Shown here: positions 11,943 through 25,079 of the stretch, piece after piece
How positions within the stretch are numbered: the first letter of the stretch is position 1
How the letters are laid out: every line of letters begins with the position of its first letter
Source: Mustelus asterias
Taxonomy: Eukaryota
Assembly: GCF_964213995.1 (NCBI RefSeq)
Contig: NC_135809.1
Location: 106,268,001 to 106,332,000 of the forward strand
DNA: 64,000 bases
Direction: 5' to 3'
The notes under the pieces: generated by a model
What the model was told of the DNA's origin: nothing
What the model saw: the letters and a program-made list of their open reading frames with translations, nothing else
Database searches by the model: none
Position numbers and translations under genes: made by a program

Positions 11943-13433
11943 GGGCCCGATTTTACCAAACGGGCGTGAAATCGTGGTAAAGTTGGGCGTTGGGCCTAAA
12001 ACGCGGTCCAGACCCGACCCAAGGCCCCTTTACCAACGGCCGATCCGGGCGCCGATCTGGTGCGCGCCCGAATCGGCCAGCGGGCCGATTTAAATGCATT
12101 TGCATGCATTTAAATTGGCATAATGAAGCCCGCACCCAACTTTACCATCAATTCCCCCTTTACCAGCGTTCGGCCCAATTCGTGTCCGCACCTTTACCGA
12201 CCTGATAAATAAAAGTCCAACTTGTACTTTTATTCGGCTGGGGAATCGCCGAGGCCCACCCTTCGCGGACACCCCCTCTAACCACCCCGGCAGACCCCCA
12301 CCCCCCGGGATCGGACTCCTCTGGGAGGCCGACCCCCCCCCCCGGATCGGACCCCTCTGGGAGGCTGACCCCCACCCCCCCCGGGATCGGACCCCTCTGG
12401 GAGGCAGCCCCCCCCCCCCTCCCCAGGGATCGGACCCCTCTCGGAGGCAGGCCCCCCCTGCAGAGCACACCCCTAACCTACCTCGATCGTGGTCACCCTC
12501 CGCCATCCTTCCCGCTCACCTTCAGTCCTTCGACAGCCTGCAGCACGTTCCTGGACACTGACTTCGAGCCACAGCTGAAGGGACCGGGCTTCACACAGGT
12601 CCGCTGGCGGCTGCCGGAGGAGGAGGGGCGGGCCCAGTTGGAACTCTGGTGGGGGGGATGAGGAGAGGGGGCGGGCCCACATCGCCCTCTTGGGGCGGGG
12701 CGTGGAGAGGGGGTGTGACGGATCATTCACTGGGGGGAGGGGTGGTGTGACGTATCATCCCCGGGGGCGGGGGAGGAGAGGGGGTGTGACAGATCATCCC
12801 CTGGAAGGGGGGGGAGGTGGAGAGGGGGTGTGACGGATCATTCACTGGTACACTACCAGCCACAGCCATCTCTCCCGCTCTCTCACACCTGCAGGGAAGA
12901 GTAATCTGTGGCTGGTAGTGTACCAGTGATGGTGCCAGGAGGCATCGGCCACAGACAGGCAGCGGAACCCCCCGCCCCCGACCAGAGGATGATCGGTTAC
13001 CCCCCTTCCCCCCCCCCGCAGGGAAATGAGACGTCACACCCCCTCTCCTCCCCCCCCCCCCCCCCCCCAGAGAATGAGACGTCACACCCCCGCTCCCCCC
13101 CACCAGGGAATGATAAGTCACACCCTCTCCCCCCCTCCCACCCCACCCCACCCTTCCTCCCCCCCCCCCCCCCCCACCGACCAGAGGATGAACGGCAGAG
13201 AGGCTCTCTCCGTTCTCTGCTTTTTGTTTCGCGCCCGGGCGTGTTCTGTCAGATTCTTTCCGAACTACGCATGTGCAGGTCGGCGCTCCGACAGATGCAA
13301 ATGCGCTAGGCCCCGTCCACTAGACCCCCACGCTGAAAAAAGGCGTATGGGGGCGCTGGAGCGGGGCTGCCGGGAGCGGGTCTGATTTACGGTCGCACCC
13401 GGCACTTAGAGCCGATTTGGTAAAATCGGCCCC
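11943..13433 (+). mobile_element. non-autonomous PIF/Harbinger-type DNA transposon, GC-rich (copy 1)
   Basis: TIRs GGGCCCGATTTTACCAA / TTGGTAAAATCGGCCCC, 3-bp TSD ACT, internal G/C-tract arrays in inverted arrangement. Confidence 0.85.
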
Positions 13434-13927
13434 ACTGACTTAAGGTGGCTGCCACAAGTCACCTGACAACTGGTACTGCAAATTGACAGGTTTCTAGCAA
13501 ACTCCAATGTGAATTGCAATTCAGACATGCCACAACATCTTGCTATGGAATTTTACACCTATAAACATCACAAACTAGCTCGAATGATTTTCTGAATCTT
13601 CATTGGTACGCACATTTTCATTTCTATAAAGCTACAACTCAAGTGGAGGCACAAATCTGTTAGGATAATACATGGAAATATATTCTCCTTATCTCATCAA
13701 GATGGTTAATGGTTATTCAGAAATTTATGAATTACAGAATCTACTTACCTCAACCATGAAGTAAAAGGTCTTTTGAGGCATGAGTTAAGTAAATACTTTC
13801 TGAAAACATTTTTGGGAAAGAGATCATCTAATTAGAGTAATCATTTTTGAAATCTATTTTAATGTACCCATAAACTGCTGAAATGATGATCTGGAAAAGC
13901 TGCCAATGGAGCAGTAACAAGCTTGTG

Positions 13928-14320
13928 TATTGCTGAAAAAAGACACATGCTGTGGAAGTTTTTCATCTTGCACTTATCAGGAAATTTGTAAGAATATCAC
14001 ATTGTAAAATAAACAACAATTTACATACATATCTATATCCTTGACAAAGGAATTGGATTAGTCACCCTTAACAAATGTAACCAGTCAAATGGATGCCATT
14101 CTTAATGACTGATCCAAATTCATATCCATTGGACCTGCTGTCCAGCATAACCAGACAGCTTTGCTTGAAAGCACGCTAAAATAAATGGAGAAATCTGACA
14201 GTGGGTTCTCTACTTCCATCTACCGCAAACTAACTTCTCTGGTCAATATACGCATTGAGATTCCTACAGTTCCATGCTTTAAGATTGGCCTTATTGGCAA
14301 CCAAATAGGGCCAAGGCCAT
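13928..14320. mobile_element. old Penelope-like relic (inverted terminus plus RT fragment)
   Basis: 13928-14000 is the reverse of the terminus at 37830-37885; about 14200-14300 reads STSIYRKL..GQYTH.DSYS..KIGLI. Confidence 0.6.
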
Positions 14321-14324
14321 TTTT

Positions 14325-14675
14325 AAAAATTCATTCATAGGTCATGGGCATCGCTGGCAGGCCAGCATTTATTGCCCATCCCTTGTTGTCCTGGAAGGGC
14401 AGTTGCGACTCACCTACATTGCTGTGGCTCTGGAGTCACAAGTAGGCCGGACCAGGTAAGGACGGCAGATTTCCTTCCCTAAAGGACATTAGTGAACCAG
14501 ATGGGTTTTTCCGACAATTGTTTTATGGTCATCAGTAGATTCTTAATTCCAGATATTTTTTATTGAATTCAAATTCCACCATCTGCTGTGGTGGGATTTG
14601 AACCAGGGTCCCCAGAAATTAGTTGAGTTTCTGGATTAATCATCTGACGATAATACCACTAGGCCATCTCCCCCT
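14325..14675 (-). mobile_element. Deu-domain SINE, near full length
   Basis: Head, Deu core and tail all present in reverse. Confidence 0.8.
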
Positions 14676-15299
14676 CTGTTCCTGCTCAGGTCCTGTGGGT
14701 GAGAATGCTTTTTAAGTTTTGGAGACTGTTCTATATGCAAGAACAGGCCTTGTTAGCATCAACAGAATCATGTCATTGAATTTTAATCATCCTGTAACCA
14801 ATTCCCTTTTAGTCCATCTGTGCTCATTCCTCACTTACCAAGTGCCCATATAAAATAGGCACCAAGAAACCTCCATGCTGCTTTAATGCATAACTCTAAT
14901 ACTGAAAGATGAGTTGCTTAATTGTTTGAGACTTGGATTTTTCCTGCTATCTTTAATTTGCCAAACATTTGTGCTTTTTGTGTATTCTTTTCCCGATGTT
15001 TTTTTGCAGCATTCACATTACCACAATGGCCAACAATCATCGCGAGCTTAGTGCTCAGCATAAACATCTTACTCAGCTCAGGAATTCAATAATCTGACCC
15101 AATCATAACTACTTGGAGATGACTAAAGAATTCTGTCTTTGGCATCTAAAATTCTACAGATGTGCTGTCATTGAATCATGCTGCTGAATGGAGGCTGCCC
15201 TTCAATTCAGCACAAGCATTGCCCTGCCTGCCCTTGTCAGTCACCAGCACGTTTCAGGACAATGGTTAGTTTCAAGGTATCAGAGCAGCCAAATGTCTA

Positions 15300-15402
15300 C
15301 ACATCTCTGACGAAGGGTCATCCTGACTCAAAACATTGGCTCTATTCTCTCTTCACAGATGCTGTCAGACCTGCTGAGATTTTCCAGCGTTTTCTGTTTT
15401 TG
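15300..15402 (+). mobile_element. Penelope family-2 terminus with degenerate hammerhead
   Basis: CTGACGAAGGGTCATCCTGACTCAAAACATT, then CTCTCTTCACAGATGCTG..GACCTGCTGAG. Confidence 0.6.
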
Positions 15403-16754
15403 TGTCTATACACTGTTGCACTAAGCTTCTTTGGAACTGCTGCCTTGTTTGCCAATGAGGGCATAGATGTCACTTTCCTTATTCAAAGGAAGATCAAATC
15501 AAAAGGGTGCAACACTTGTAGCAGGTGGATGAATGTGGGATTCAATGCTATACTCATGAAACTAAAATGATTTATAACAAAACCCAATGACATTTATGAA
15601 CTATAAAGAATTATTTTTCATCAATGCGCATGTAATAACAGAAGATCATAACGGAATAATACAGATAAATGCAAAGTGGCGCCAGATCCATAATGCTTTC
15701 GCCCTTCAACAGTCTCTAGCACCATAAACATTTTAAGGACCAGGCAGAATGGCGGGATGGCTGATTTGTGTAACCTTACTGCCCTGGCTATTAACACTGA
15801 TTAGGGACCTCTTTCACCACAGCAGAATGAAACTATATTGCAGCTCATAACACAATCAGCGTATTAGTGAAGTGTCTACTGCTTGAATAGACCAGGTGGA
15901 GTCTTACTCAATAACATAGGGAAACTTTCCAAGATCACCCTTGTCTGCTTTGTGCTGCAATATGTCACAATTTGTAGAGGAGAGCCAAAAGTTGAGCTCA
16001 AAATTAACTGCAGAGGAGAAGGAAAGAAAGTGGCCAAAGGTGATGCATGGCTAGGTGGCGTGATATGAGTGATTCACATGAATTTCAATTTTAAAAAGCC
16101 CTTCAACCACAACATGATCTTCGCAGTAGTACATTCACCCCCATGTCAACACGCTAAACTGCACACTTCTGCCTTTACCACCATCTCTACATTTTGGCTC
16201 TTTTGATAACTTGTCTCCTTCTGGAGATTTTTGCCGGCAACATTTTGCATTTATACAACCAAAATTCTGAAGGTGAGTATTACAATAAGGATTCATCTAC
16301 TTTGTGATGTTTGAAAGGAGTTGAAAAGAAGGATATGAGGTAGGTTCAATTACCTCAACTACCCTCACCCTGACTGATTTTAACTCCAGGCCTAAGTATA
16401 ACCTCACTAAATAGGTTGCCCATCCAATTTGCTGTCTTGATGGGAAACCTGGCCACTTCTGGAGTCTGATTTGTAATGTGTTAACTAAAAGCCATTTATA
16501 TCTGAATGCGCCTCTTAAAGAATGATTACATTCATTTTGTGCAAGGTTTTGATGTTGGTGTGGTGGGAGACTGGCCCTGGAATAGTTGGTGTGGTACTGT
16601 GAAAAACTAATGGGAGGCACAGGTAAGGCCCCAGTTTTCTGAGATCTTGCTTGAGGACTTGTTGGAAGGTCAAGGTTATAAGCATTTTTTTCTTCCCAAA
16701 TAGTTTCGGGAGGATTTTACCATGCCAAGAGTATCACACATGGAAGCTTTTTTT

Positions 16755-17095
16755 TCAATTCATTCATGGGATGTGGACATTGTTGGCTAGGCCAGTGTAT
16801 ATTGTCCATCCCTGAGGCAGTTAAGAGTTAACTACACCTTGGCTGAGGACCTGGACTCACCTATAGATCAGGTCAGGTAAGGACAACAGGTTTCCTTCCC
16901 TAAAGGGCATTAGTGAACCAGATGGGTTTTTATGACAATTGACAATGGTTTCATAGTCATCATTCAACTTTTAATTCCAGATTTTTATTGAATTTACCAT
17001 CTGCCATGGTGGGATTCGAACCCAGGTCCCCAGAGTATTACTCTGGATCTCTGGATTACTACTCCAGTGACAATTTCACTGCGCCATTGCCTCCT
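16755..17095 (-). mobile_element. Deu-domain SINE
   Basis: Same consensus as 14325-14675. Confidence 0.8.
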
Positions 17096-17999
17096 CTTTG
17101 TTGAGGTGGCCAGTTCCAGGAGTACTTCCCCTGCAACCTCGATTCAATATAGAAAGTGATTCCATCACCTCACAAGAGTAGCAAGTACACATACATCTTC
17201 ATTTTGCTAGCTCTGCCAACAGCACATTGTGGAAATGCTTCCCTCCCTTCCATCACATACTTCTGTACCCAGCACACGGCTACATTTATCACTTACCATT
17301 ATAATGTTAAACAGGCACTAATCTGCCCCTTGTTTCCTTACAGCACCCATTAGCTGAACCTGTCAAGGCTTGTACTCCAAGAAATAACCAGAATTTCAAG
17401 TGTCTCTTAATAATTAACAGGTCTGCTAAAGCCACTGGAGCAGCCCTTGGAATAGGGTAACAGAGAATGAGTGCAGACATTTCTTCTCCTGTATGCTTCC
17501 CTTTAATCATCTTACCATGGTTCTAATTAAGCTACACTTGCCGATATATTGCATAACACCCGGAGCACTTGGCTTCTTCAGCTGCCTTGGAAAAATTAAA
17601 TCTAGTCTCGCCCATTTCTATTAACATGTTTTGAATTAGCCAGCATTATTGCTCTTGTTACCTGCAAACAATCTGTGTGGGTTATGGCCCTATCAGTAAG
17701 GCAATAGACAATTCCAGTCTACCAATAGTTAAAAACAGAAACAAGAGAATGTGGTCAACTCTTCAGCCGTGCCCATTTGGAAAAGAAAGTTGTGTAGAGT
17801 GTAAAATGGGTTGTTGATATACAGTTGTTCTAGGTTTGCACCAAAGATGCATTTCATCCAGTGCTGCAATGGTGGTACATGGGGGCAATCGAGGACGTCT
17901 GACTTATCAGTTAAATACAATTCCAAAGAACGCCTAAGGGGAAAAATATGTGACTTAGACTGTTTTTTCTTTCCTATTTCCCCCATTTTTCTACATCAC

Positions 18000-18360
18000 T
18001 CAAACCAGCCTCCCATCCATTGACACTTCCTGCTGCTTCAGAAAAGCAGCCAGCATAATCAAGGACCCTACGCACCCCGGACATACTCTCTTCCACCTTC
18101 TTCCTTCAGGAAAGAGATACAAAAGTCTGAGGACACGTACCAACCGACTCAAGAACAGCTCCTTCCTTGCTGCTATCAGACATTTGAATGAACCTACCTC
18201 GCATTAAGTTGATCTTTCTCTACACTCTAGCTATGACTGTAACACTACATTCTGCACCCTCTCCTTTCCTTCTCTATGTATGGTATGCTTTGTATAGTGC
18301 ACAAGAAACAATACTTTTCACTGTATGCTAATACATTGACAATAATAAATCAAATCAAAT
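18000..18360 (+). mobile_element. Rex1/Babar-like LINE 3' end
   Basis: Homologous to 10425-10930; ends AATAATAAATCAAATCAAAT. Confidence 0.85.
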
Positions 18361-18715
18361 GTTCTGTGAATTACCCAGTGCCATCTCCTCTTAGCACAGT
18401 TTAACCCCAGCAGCAGACCACTCTAGCTCCCCTTTCCCTTAAATCTGAGCCGTGTTCTGGGTGACTGCATTTGACATTCTACATAGGAGTGAGAAACAAG
18501 TAATGTAGGAAGTAAGAGTGAATGGTTTGTCACAGGGGAAAATGGGAGTGGGGTTACTCCTAGACCACTAGTGTAATTTAGTCATCTTCATTTTTTTTTC
18601 CTTCTCTTCCTCACCATCATCATTATCATCATAGCTGACAAGAAAGTTTCTGTCCTCCTGCTCCTCCACCTCATCATTATCATCTTCCTTCTCTCGCTGT
18701 TGCTATGGTAGTACT

Positions 18716-18926
18716 AATGTGGAAATGCCAGCGTTGGACTGGGGTAAACACAGTAAGGAGTCTAACAACACCAGGTTAAAGTCCAACAGGTTTATTTGGT
18801 TGCAAACGCCACTAGCTTTCGGAGCACTGCTCCTTCGTCAGACGAAGGAGCAATGCTCCGAAAGCTAGTGACGTTTGCTACCAAATAAACCTGTTGGACT
18901 TTAACCTGGTGTTGTTAGACTCCTTA
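18716..18926. mobile_element. Penelope-derived palindromic mini-element
   Basis: Two inverted termini joined at the hammerhead core (CTTCGTCA/GACGAAG); TSD CTATGGTAGTACT; one-sided ~35-nt tail. Confidence 0.88.
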
Positions 18927-19337
18927 CTATGGTAGTACTCCAGGAAAGGAAGATACAGCAAATAGTGGGTCAGTTTTTGATGGACTTTTAGTCATTTGTC
19001 TACTCTCTCCCAGTATGGGTGCCATTCCAGAAGTGTTGGTGAAGAAACTTTTACAAGGCTGACTGAGTTGAGATTGACAAAGTCATATCTTGATGCAATG
19101 TCTGGGATACTGTTTCATCCAATTTCATTACAATTATTTTTGAACTTCAGCTTTACGAGACAAACACATAAAGTATGCTTCAAGTCACATGTAGACCATA
19201 GTCAGTATGGTGGCAGGCTGACACATCAGTGAACCAGTTAGTTCTTGATGAAATCCAATAGCTTTCAGGGTTATTTTTTGGGTGTTAGTTTATGAATTAT
19301 AGAATTTGATTTACCACTTACCATTATCATGCTAAAC

Positions 19338-19630
19338 AGGTGGCACAGTGGTTAGCACGGCTGCATCGCAGCACCAAGGACCTGGGTTCAAATCCCAGCT
19401 TGAGCCACTGTCTGCGCGGAGTCTGCACGTTCTCCCTCTGTCGATGTGGTTTTCCTGCGGGTGCTCCAGTTCCCTTTCATAGTCCAAAAGACATGCTGGT
19501 TAGGTGCATTGGCCATGCTAAATTCTCCCTCTGTGTCCCTGAACAAGCGCCGGAGTGTGGCGACTAGGGGATTTTCACAGTAACTTGATTGCAGTGTTAA
19601 TGTATGCCTACTTGTGACACTAATACTTAA
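19338..19630 (+). mobile_element. V-SINE, tail type B
   Basis: HE1 head and body plus GACTAGGGGATTTTCACAGT tail. Confidence 0.85.
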
Positions 19631-20354
19631 ACATATATTTGCTATGAGTGTGAAGTGCGCTGTTGATTATCTGGATTTCTAGTTCAGTATCAGAACCATT
19701 AGACTCTTGCATTCTTCATCTGCCACAAACTTACCACCCATTTTCTCTGTAAATATTTTCATTGTGAGTCATGTTTAGTTGGGCCTTTCCTGGGCTATTT
19801 TCTGTTTGTAGATGCAGGCTCCTTTCACTTGCAGTCACGTGTACATGTAAAATAATGCAATTCTGTGATTTTTGCCGAGAAAGATAGAAAAGGAAGTAAT
19901 TTTTATTTTTCATCTGTCTGTGTCATGGTCTGGACATGTGAGAGATGCATTTACACTTATATCAGTGTGTAGAATGTGAAAAGGCACAGCCCTTTTCCCC
20001 AAAAAGACAACATGGAAATCTCTTTTTGGGGTTGTTTTGAAGTTTGCACCATTAGTTTTTGTTAATGAAAATGCCACTCTTTGAGATTAACAATAGTATA
20101 TCATGAAATACAACTGGGTTAAAGGGGGATGAAAATGTAACATAGATTTTTGCACATGCTTGTTAACATTGCTTATATAAAAGAGACAATTACGCCATGA
20201 GTTTTTTACGAGCCAGATTCACACGTCTGTGTTAACACAGATATATCCCAGTTTACATTGAAAATTTAATTGAGGGTAAATCTGGAAGGTTATTTAGAAT
20301 CTGAATGCACTGACTAACTTTGTTTACATACACTCCCCATAGTGACATCAAGAA

Positions 20355-20665
20355 GGGGCGGTGCAGTGGCACAGTGGTTAGCACTGCTGCCTCTCAGAGC
20401 CAGGGACCTGGGTTTGATTCCCGGCTTGGATGACTGTTCGTGTGGAGTTTGCACATTCTCCCCTTGTCTGTGTGCGTCCCTTTTGGGAAGTCTGGTTTTC
20501 TTTCACATTCCCAAGATGTGTAAATTAGGTGGATTAATAGGGTAAATTCATAGGGATTGGGGCGGGGGTGCGGTGTGGTGGTACTTGGTAAGATGCTCTG
20601 TTGGAGAGTTGATGCAGCTTCGATGGGTTGAATGACCTCCTTCTGCACCGTATGGATTCTATGAA
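20355..20665 (+). mobile_element. HE1 SINE
   Basis: tRNA head, V-domain, CR1-type tail. Confidence 0.85.
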
Positions 20666-23607
20666 ATGTTGCTGCATTATCACCCACTTCAAGCCATTCA
20701 AAACCAGAATAACTGGTCACTTATTGTGTGTGGGATCCTGCTGTGTCCAAAATGGTTGTTACATCTGCCTATGTATTTCAGATGAATTTATTGTATGTGA
20801 AGAACTTGAGGTATTTGAAAGACTTGGCGAGTTGCTTTCAAAATAGAAGTTACGGTTTCATTTTGTAAGACATTAAAATTGCAGAGCTCTTTACCACTCT
20901 CAATTATTGGTTTCATCAGTAATCTTCACTAGACATTGCTTCTTAATTTTCTTCTCACCCAATCTTTTTTACTTCTTTAGGTATCTTGCCCTGATGGACT
21001 TGCCCCTTCACCTTGGTTATCTGTTGAAGCATTAATTACATAACGGCCTTTGTTACAAAACAGATACTTGTAACAGCAATAAGATATAATTTATTTAGCT
21101 TCGTATCACTGTGATTCAGCTCAAAGCCCTGCACGCACCAATTACATTTTGGAGTGCCATGGCTCACTGTGTAAGCGAGCACAAACACTTATCTGTTCAT
21201 CAACCACGAGCTGCTTCGTGAATAAGGTTTCAGTTCTGCCTCCAAGCATCCTTAGCATTTTCAGTTTGTCACAATCTTGCAGGGGTCTCGGAACTGTTGA
21301 ACTGAGTTGGGTGACTGTTTTGGAAGAGCAGCATATCAGCTGTGCTGGTGTAATAGAGAAGGCTTTTTTTGCAATATGGTGAGATCAGCACAGGAAGGAA
21401 ATCTCACCAACCACTGTTGTCCTGAAATTATCAGTATGTGGTATTTAGCAGTGCAATTAGTTGTAATGTTTCTCGATGGAAATCCGTGATACTGTACATG
21501 CTGATGTTTGTCTCACTGAACTATGAACTGTTGATTTAAACCATTAATTAACTCATGGAATTATGATTAAAGTGGAAGAAAATATGCCATGAACAGCTGC
21601 TGGTAGTGTTTTAACAAGTGATGCATGAACAGTTCCACATACATTTTAAATTTTACATCTAAAATTGGGATGTAAAATCTTAAAGTGCAATGGGTTAAAT
21701 GCATGCGGTTCCTGTAGTGTTCATTTTTAAATAGAGTGCCATTCCTTTGACTGAATCTTTACAATTGCTTATTTGTTACATGTCCACAAACTAGAGCACA
21801 ATCCACTGAGCACAAACACTTGATGACGCATTTTTGCATACAGCCAGTGCCTATCAGAAAATTGCGAAAGTGTGATTTGCAATCTTTGCACATACGCCCT
21901 TGCATTAGACAGGCTCATCCAACATACGGCCCAGGGGCCAGAGTCAGGTTTGCCAAGATGTCCTGCCAAGCAATGTTCAAAATACACGTAAGCGGATGTG
22001 ACAGATTCTGCACGGTGTTGCTCCTTTAATCACACGCTGTTTCTCTCCTGCATTTGCTGCAGAGCCCATCTATGGTTAGAGGAGCAGTGGAAGGGTAAGT
22101 GGCAATGAGAACACCTGAACATCAGCAAGGCAGCAGCAATGAGTCTTGGGGGTGGCGAGGGTGGGGAGAGGATCATTGGGTGAGAGATGCTGCAAAGGTG
22201 TGTCTATCTGATGGGATGGCGGAGTGGGTGGGGGAGAGGTTTGGGGGAGAGGTTACGAGGGAGCATATTGTTTACATGGAGTTACGGGGATAAGGCCTGG
22301 GTGAGATTATTGTCAGGCTTGATGGGCCGAATGACCTCTTTCTGCATTGTAGAGATTCTGTGATTCTACTGGGAATGAATAATGAATTAAAATTAGATGT
22401 AAATGGGGATTCCGAGTTGTTGCGTCATTGGCGGGGGGTGGGCACAATCGAGGAGGGAAACCCCACCAGCATAAGAGTCGCCTTGTGTCTCCCGCTCAAT
22501 TCTCTGATCCCTCCGCTGTTCTTGATCCCCAGAAACAAGTGTGGAAAATCCTTCCATTGTCATTGATAACAGCATGCCAGGAAATTGGAAATTTTTTTCA
22601 TAGATTCATGCAATGATATCTATATCCTATTGTACCAGCTCTTTGCGAGAGCTATATAATTAATCCCACTACCCTGCTCTTTCCCTATAGCCTTGCAAAT
22701 TTTCTCCCTTCAGCTACTTATCCAATTACCTTTTGAAATTATTATTGAATCTATTTCCACCAGCCCTTCTAACATTGCATCTGTAAATATAACAATTGCT
22801 ACATTACAAAAAAATGTCTTCATGTCATTTCTCGTTCTTTGGTCAATTACCTTAACTTCCACTTAGTACATGTTTCTCATGCAGCACTGCTCTCAACCCG
22901 CCTCCTCTTCCCAATTATTCTAATGCAGGGGTGTCCAGCATTTTCGCATGAAGGGCCACTTTCCAATCATTCGCTTATTCACAGAGCCAGTGAGAAATTT
23001 GCAAAAAGATTAGGCTTTGAAAATTTGTCTCATTATTACTCAAAACAATAAGAATTGTGCATTTTTATGAACAAGCTTCAATAGAGAATTTGTTAACTTA
23101 TTCAATGAGACTTTTGAAATCTAACAGTTGTTGTCAGTGTGGGTCAGCGGGCACAGCAGGTGATGGGTGAATTGAACTTTTACAAGTTCGCCCCAAGATG
23201 GTGAAAGGCACTGGAAGGCAAGTTCTTTATTTTTCTTGGTTTGTCTCTTTCTCACCCGCTATCCTCTGAGGATGGACCAATCTAATACTAGAATTGAATC
23301 CAGCCTCATTGGTACATTAATTCATAAAGAGCTTTCAAAATCAAATAAAGCACATGCCTAAACACCACCATATTTGTGTTAACACCTACTCACTGCTGCC
23401 AAGTGCACTACTTGGACTAGCTTTACACAGTAAGCCTTTATAAGGCTGAGTTAAGACTTGACCTATCTCTGACAACCCAGACTGATGGTCAACTGACAGA
23501 AGTGAAGCATCTGAACCGTCGATGTTTCTGCAGGAGCACGTTCTGTCAGGAAAGAGTGAGACCAGCATAAAACATCTCCCAGAGTTAGCTCTCCAACCCA
23601 GGAATTC

Positions 23608-24030
23608 CTTAATGTCGGGGCCTAGCAGGGTAAATACGTGGGGTCACAGGGATAGGGTCTGAGTAGGACTGTGGTCAGTGCAGTCTCGATGGGCCAAATG
23701 GCCTCCTTCTGGTGCCACGGTGGCACAGTGGTTAGCACTGCTGCCTCACAGCGCCAGGGACCCGGGTTCGATTCCCGAGATGGGTCACTGTCTGTATGGA
23801 GTTTGCACATTCTCTCCGTCCCTGCTTAGGTTTCCTCCGGGTGCTCCGGTTTTCTCCCACAGTCCAAACATGTGCCGGTTAGGTAGATTGGCCATGCTAA
23901 ATTGCCCCTTTGTGTCGGGGGACTAGCTAGGATAAATGCATGGGGTTATATGGATAGTGCCTGGGTGGGATTGTGATTGATGCAAACTCGATGGGCTGAA
24001 TGGCCTCCTTCTGCACTATAGGATTCTATG
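23608..24030 (+). mobile_element. HE1 3' piece followed by full HE1 (tandem/nested)
   Basis: 23608-23712 is a tail fragment; 23713-24030 is a complete copy. Confidence 0.85.
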
Positions 24031-24149
24031 AACTCCAGTTGTCCAAGGTAATCCATGAGATTGAGATACCACAGCAGGAATAGACTCAACTGTGCTTCCT
24101 GGGCAAGGTCAAATATCTTGGATTCTCCTTTTGGAGTGTGGACATCTTG

Positions 24150-24990
24150 GTAAACAGTCACTTAACCAACCTCAGATTGCCATGGGAGCCAGCATTACGA
24201 TCCCCTTGGACAAAGAACCATAGATGATGACAAAACGTCTGATGCCACCCATAACATAGCTGTATGGTCAAGGCGGCATCAAGCTCCTAGGTAAAGCTAC
24301 ATTGTAGGCGACACTTCAATACAAAGACAAATGAACACGGGAGACATTATCTGTAGTTTGCAATCAAAAAATTTCCCTTTAAGCTGAAAGACATGTGCTG
24401 GCCTCGACTTCCTTCTGAAAATATATGAAGTCAGTTGACGATTGGGGCAATTGAGGACCCCATACAATATTGCATTAAAAGAGGATGCCAGGCTCGTATG
24501 CCGATTCACACCATGGAAAATACCATATCAGCTCATAAAACAAGTGCAACAACAACTGGACAAGATGAACAAAATGGGGGTCATGTCTCCCGTCACTCAG
24601 CCAACTGAACAATGTTCCAGAATGTCCCAGTTCTGAAGCCAAAAGGCTCCATCTGTATCTGTGTCAATCAGACACAACTCAACAAGGCAGCCATGAGAGA
24701 GGTCCACACATTGTCCTTAGTGGATGACAGCCTGACAAAGCTCCCAAACGCACGGTGTTTTCCAGCCAGTGAAACATCTTTCATGCCTGGAAGAATGTTA
24801 CAACAACAGCTACTGCAACTTCCACAAGATGAGAAATCCAGATTGCTGACTACATTTATTACCCTTTTTGACAAATTCAGTGTCAACCATTTGCTCTTCC
24901 CCATTACCTCTGCACCTGAGATTTTCCAATGCAGAATGTTGACCATTTTGCCAGGCCTGGAGAGTGTCATTTGCCATCTGGATGATTTTT
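24150..24990 (+). mobile_element. Ty3/Gypsy pol relic (RT)
   Basis: VPVLKPKGSICICV..LNKA..LTTFIT..ITSAPEIFQ..VICHLDD, with frameshifts. Confidence 0.8.
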
Positions 24991-25079
24991 TTTTACTCCA
25001 AAATCTCTGCCTTTGAACTTACTTCCAAAAAGTTGAAAATCCCCTGTGAAGTATGGAAAATACATTCTCAGAACATGGC

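Noticed and set aside
12090-13385. Pro/Gly-rich ORFs, CpG-island promoter
   Set aside because: Artefacts of G/C tracts inside a TIR-bounded element
21890-23220. hAT-like termini at about 21910 and 22925
   Set aside because: Partner ends and 8-bp TSDs not found
23713-23790. tRNA gene
   Set aside because: tRNA-derived SINE head continuing into the V-domain; the same applies to other copies
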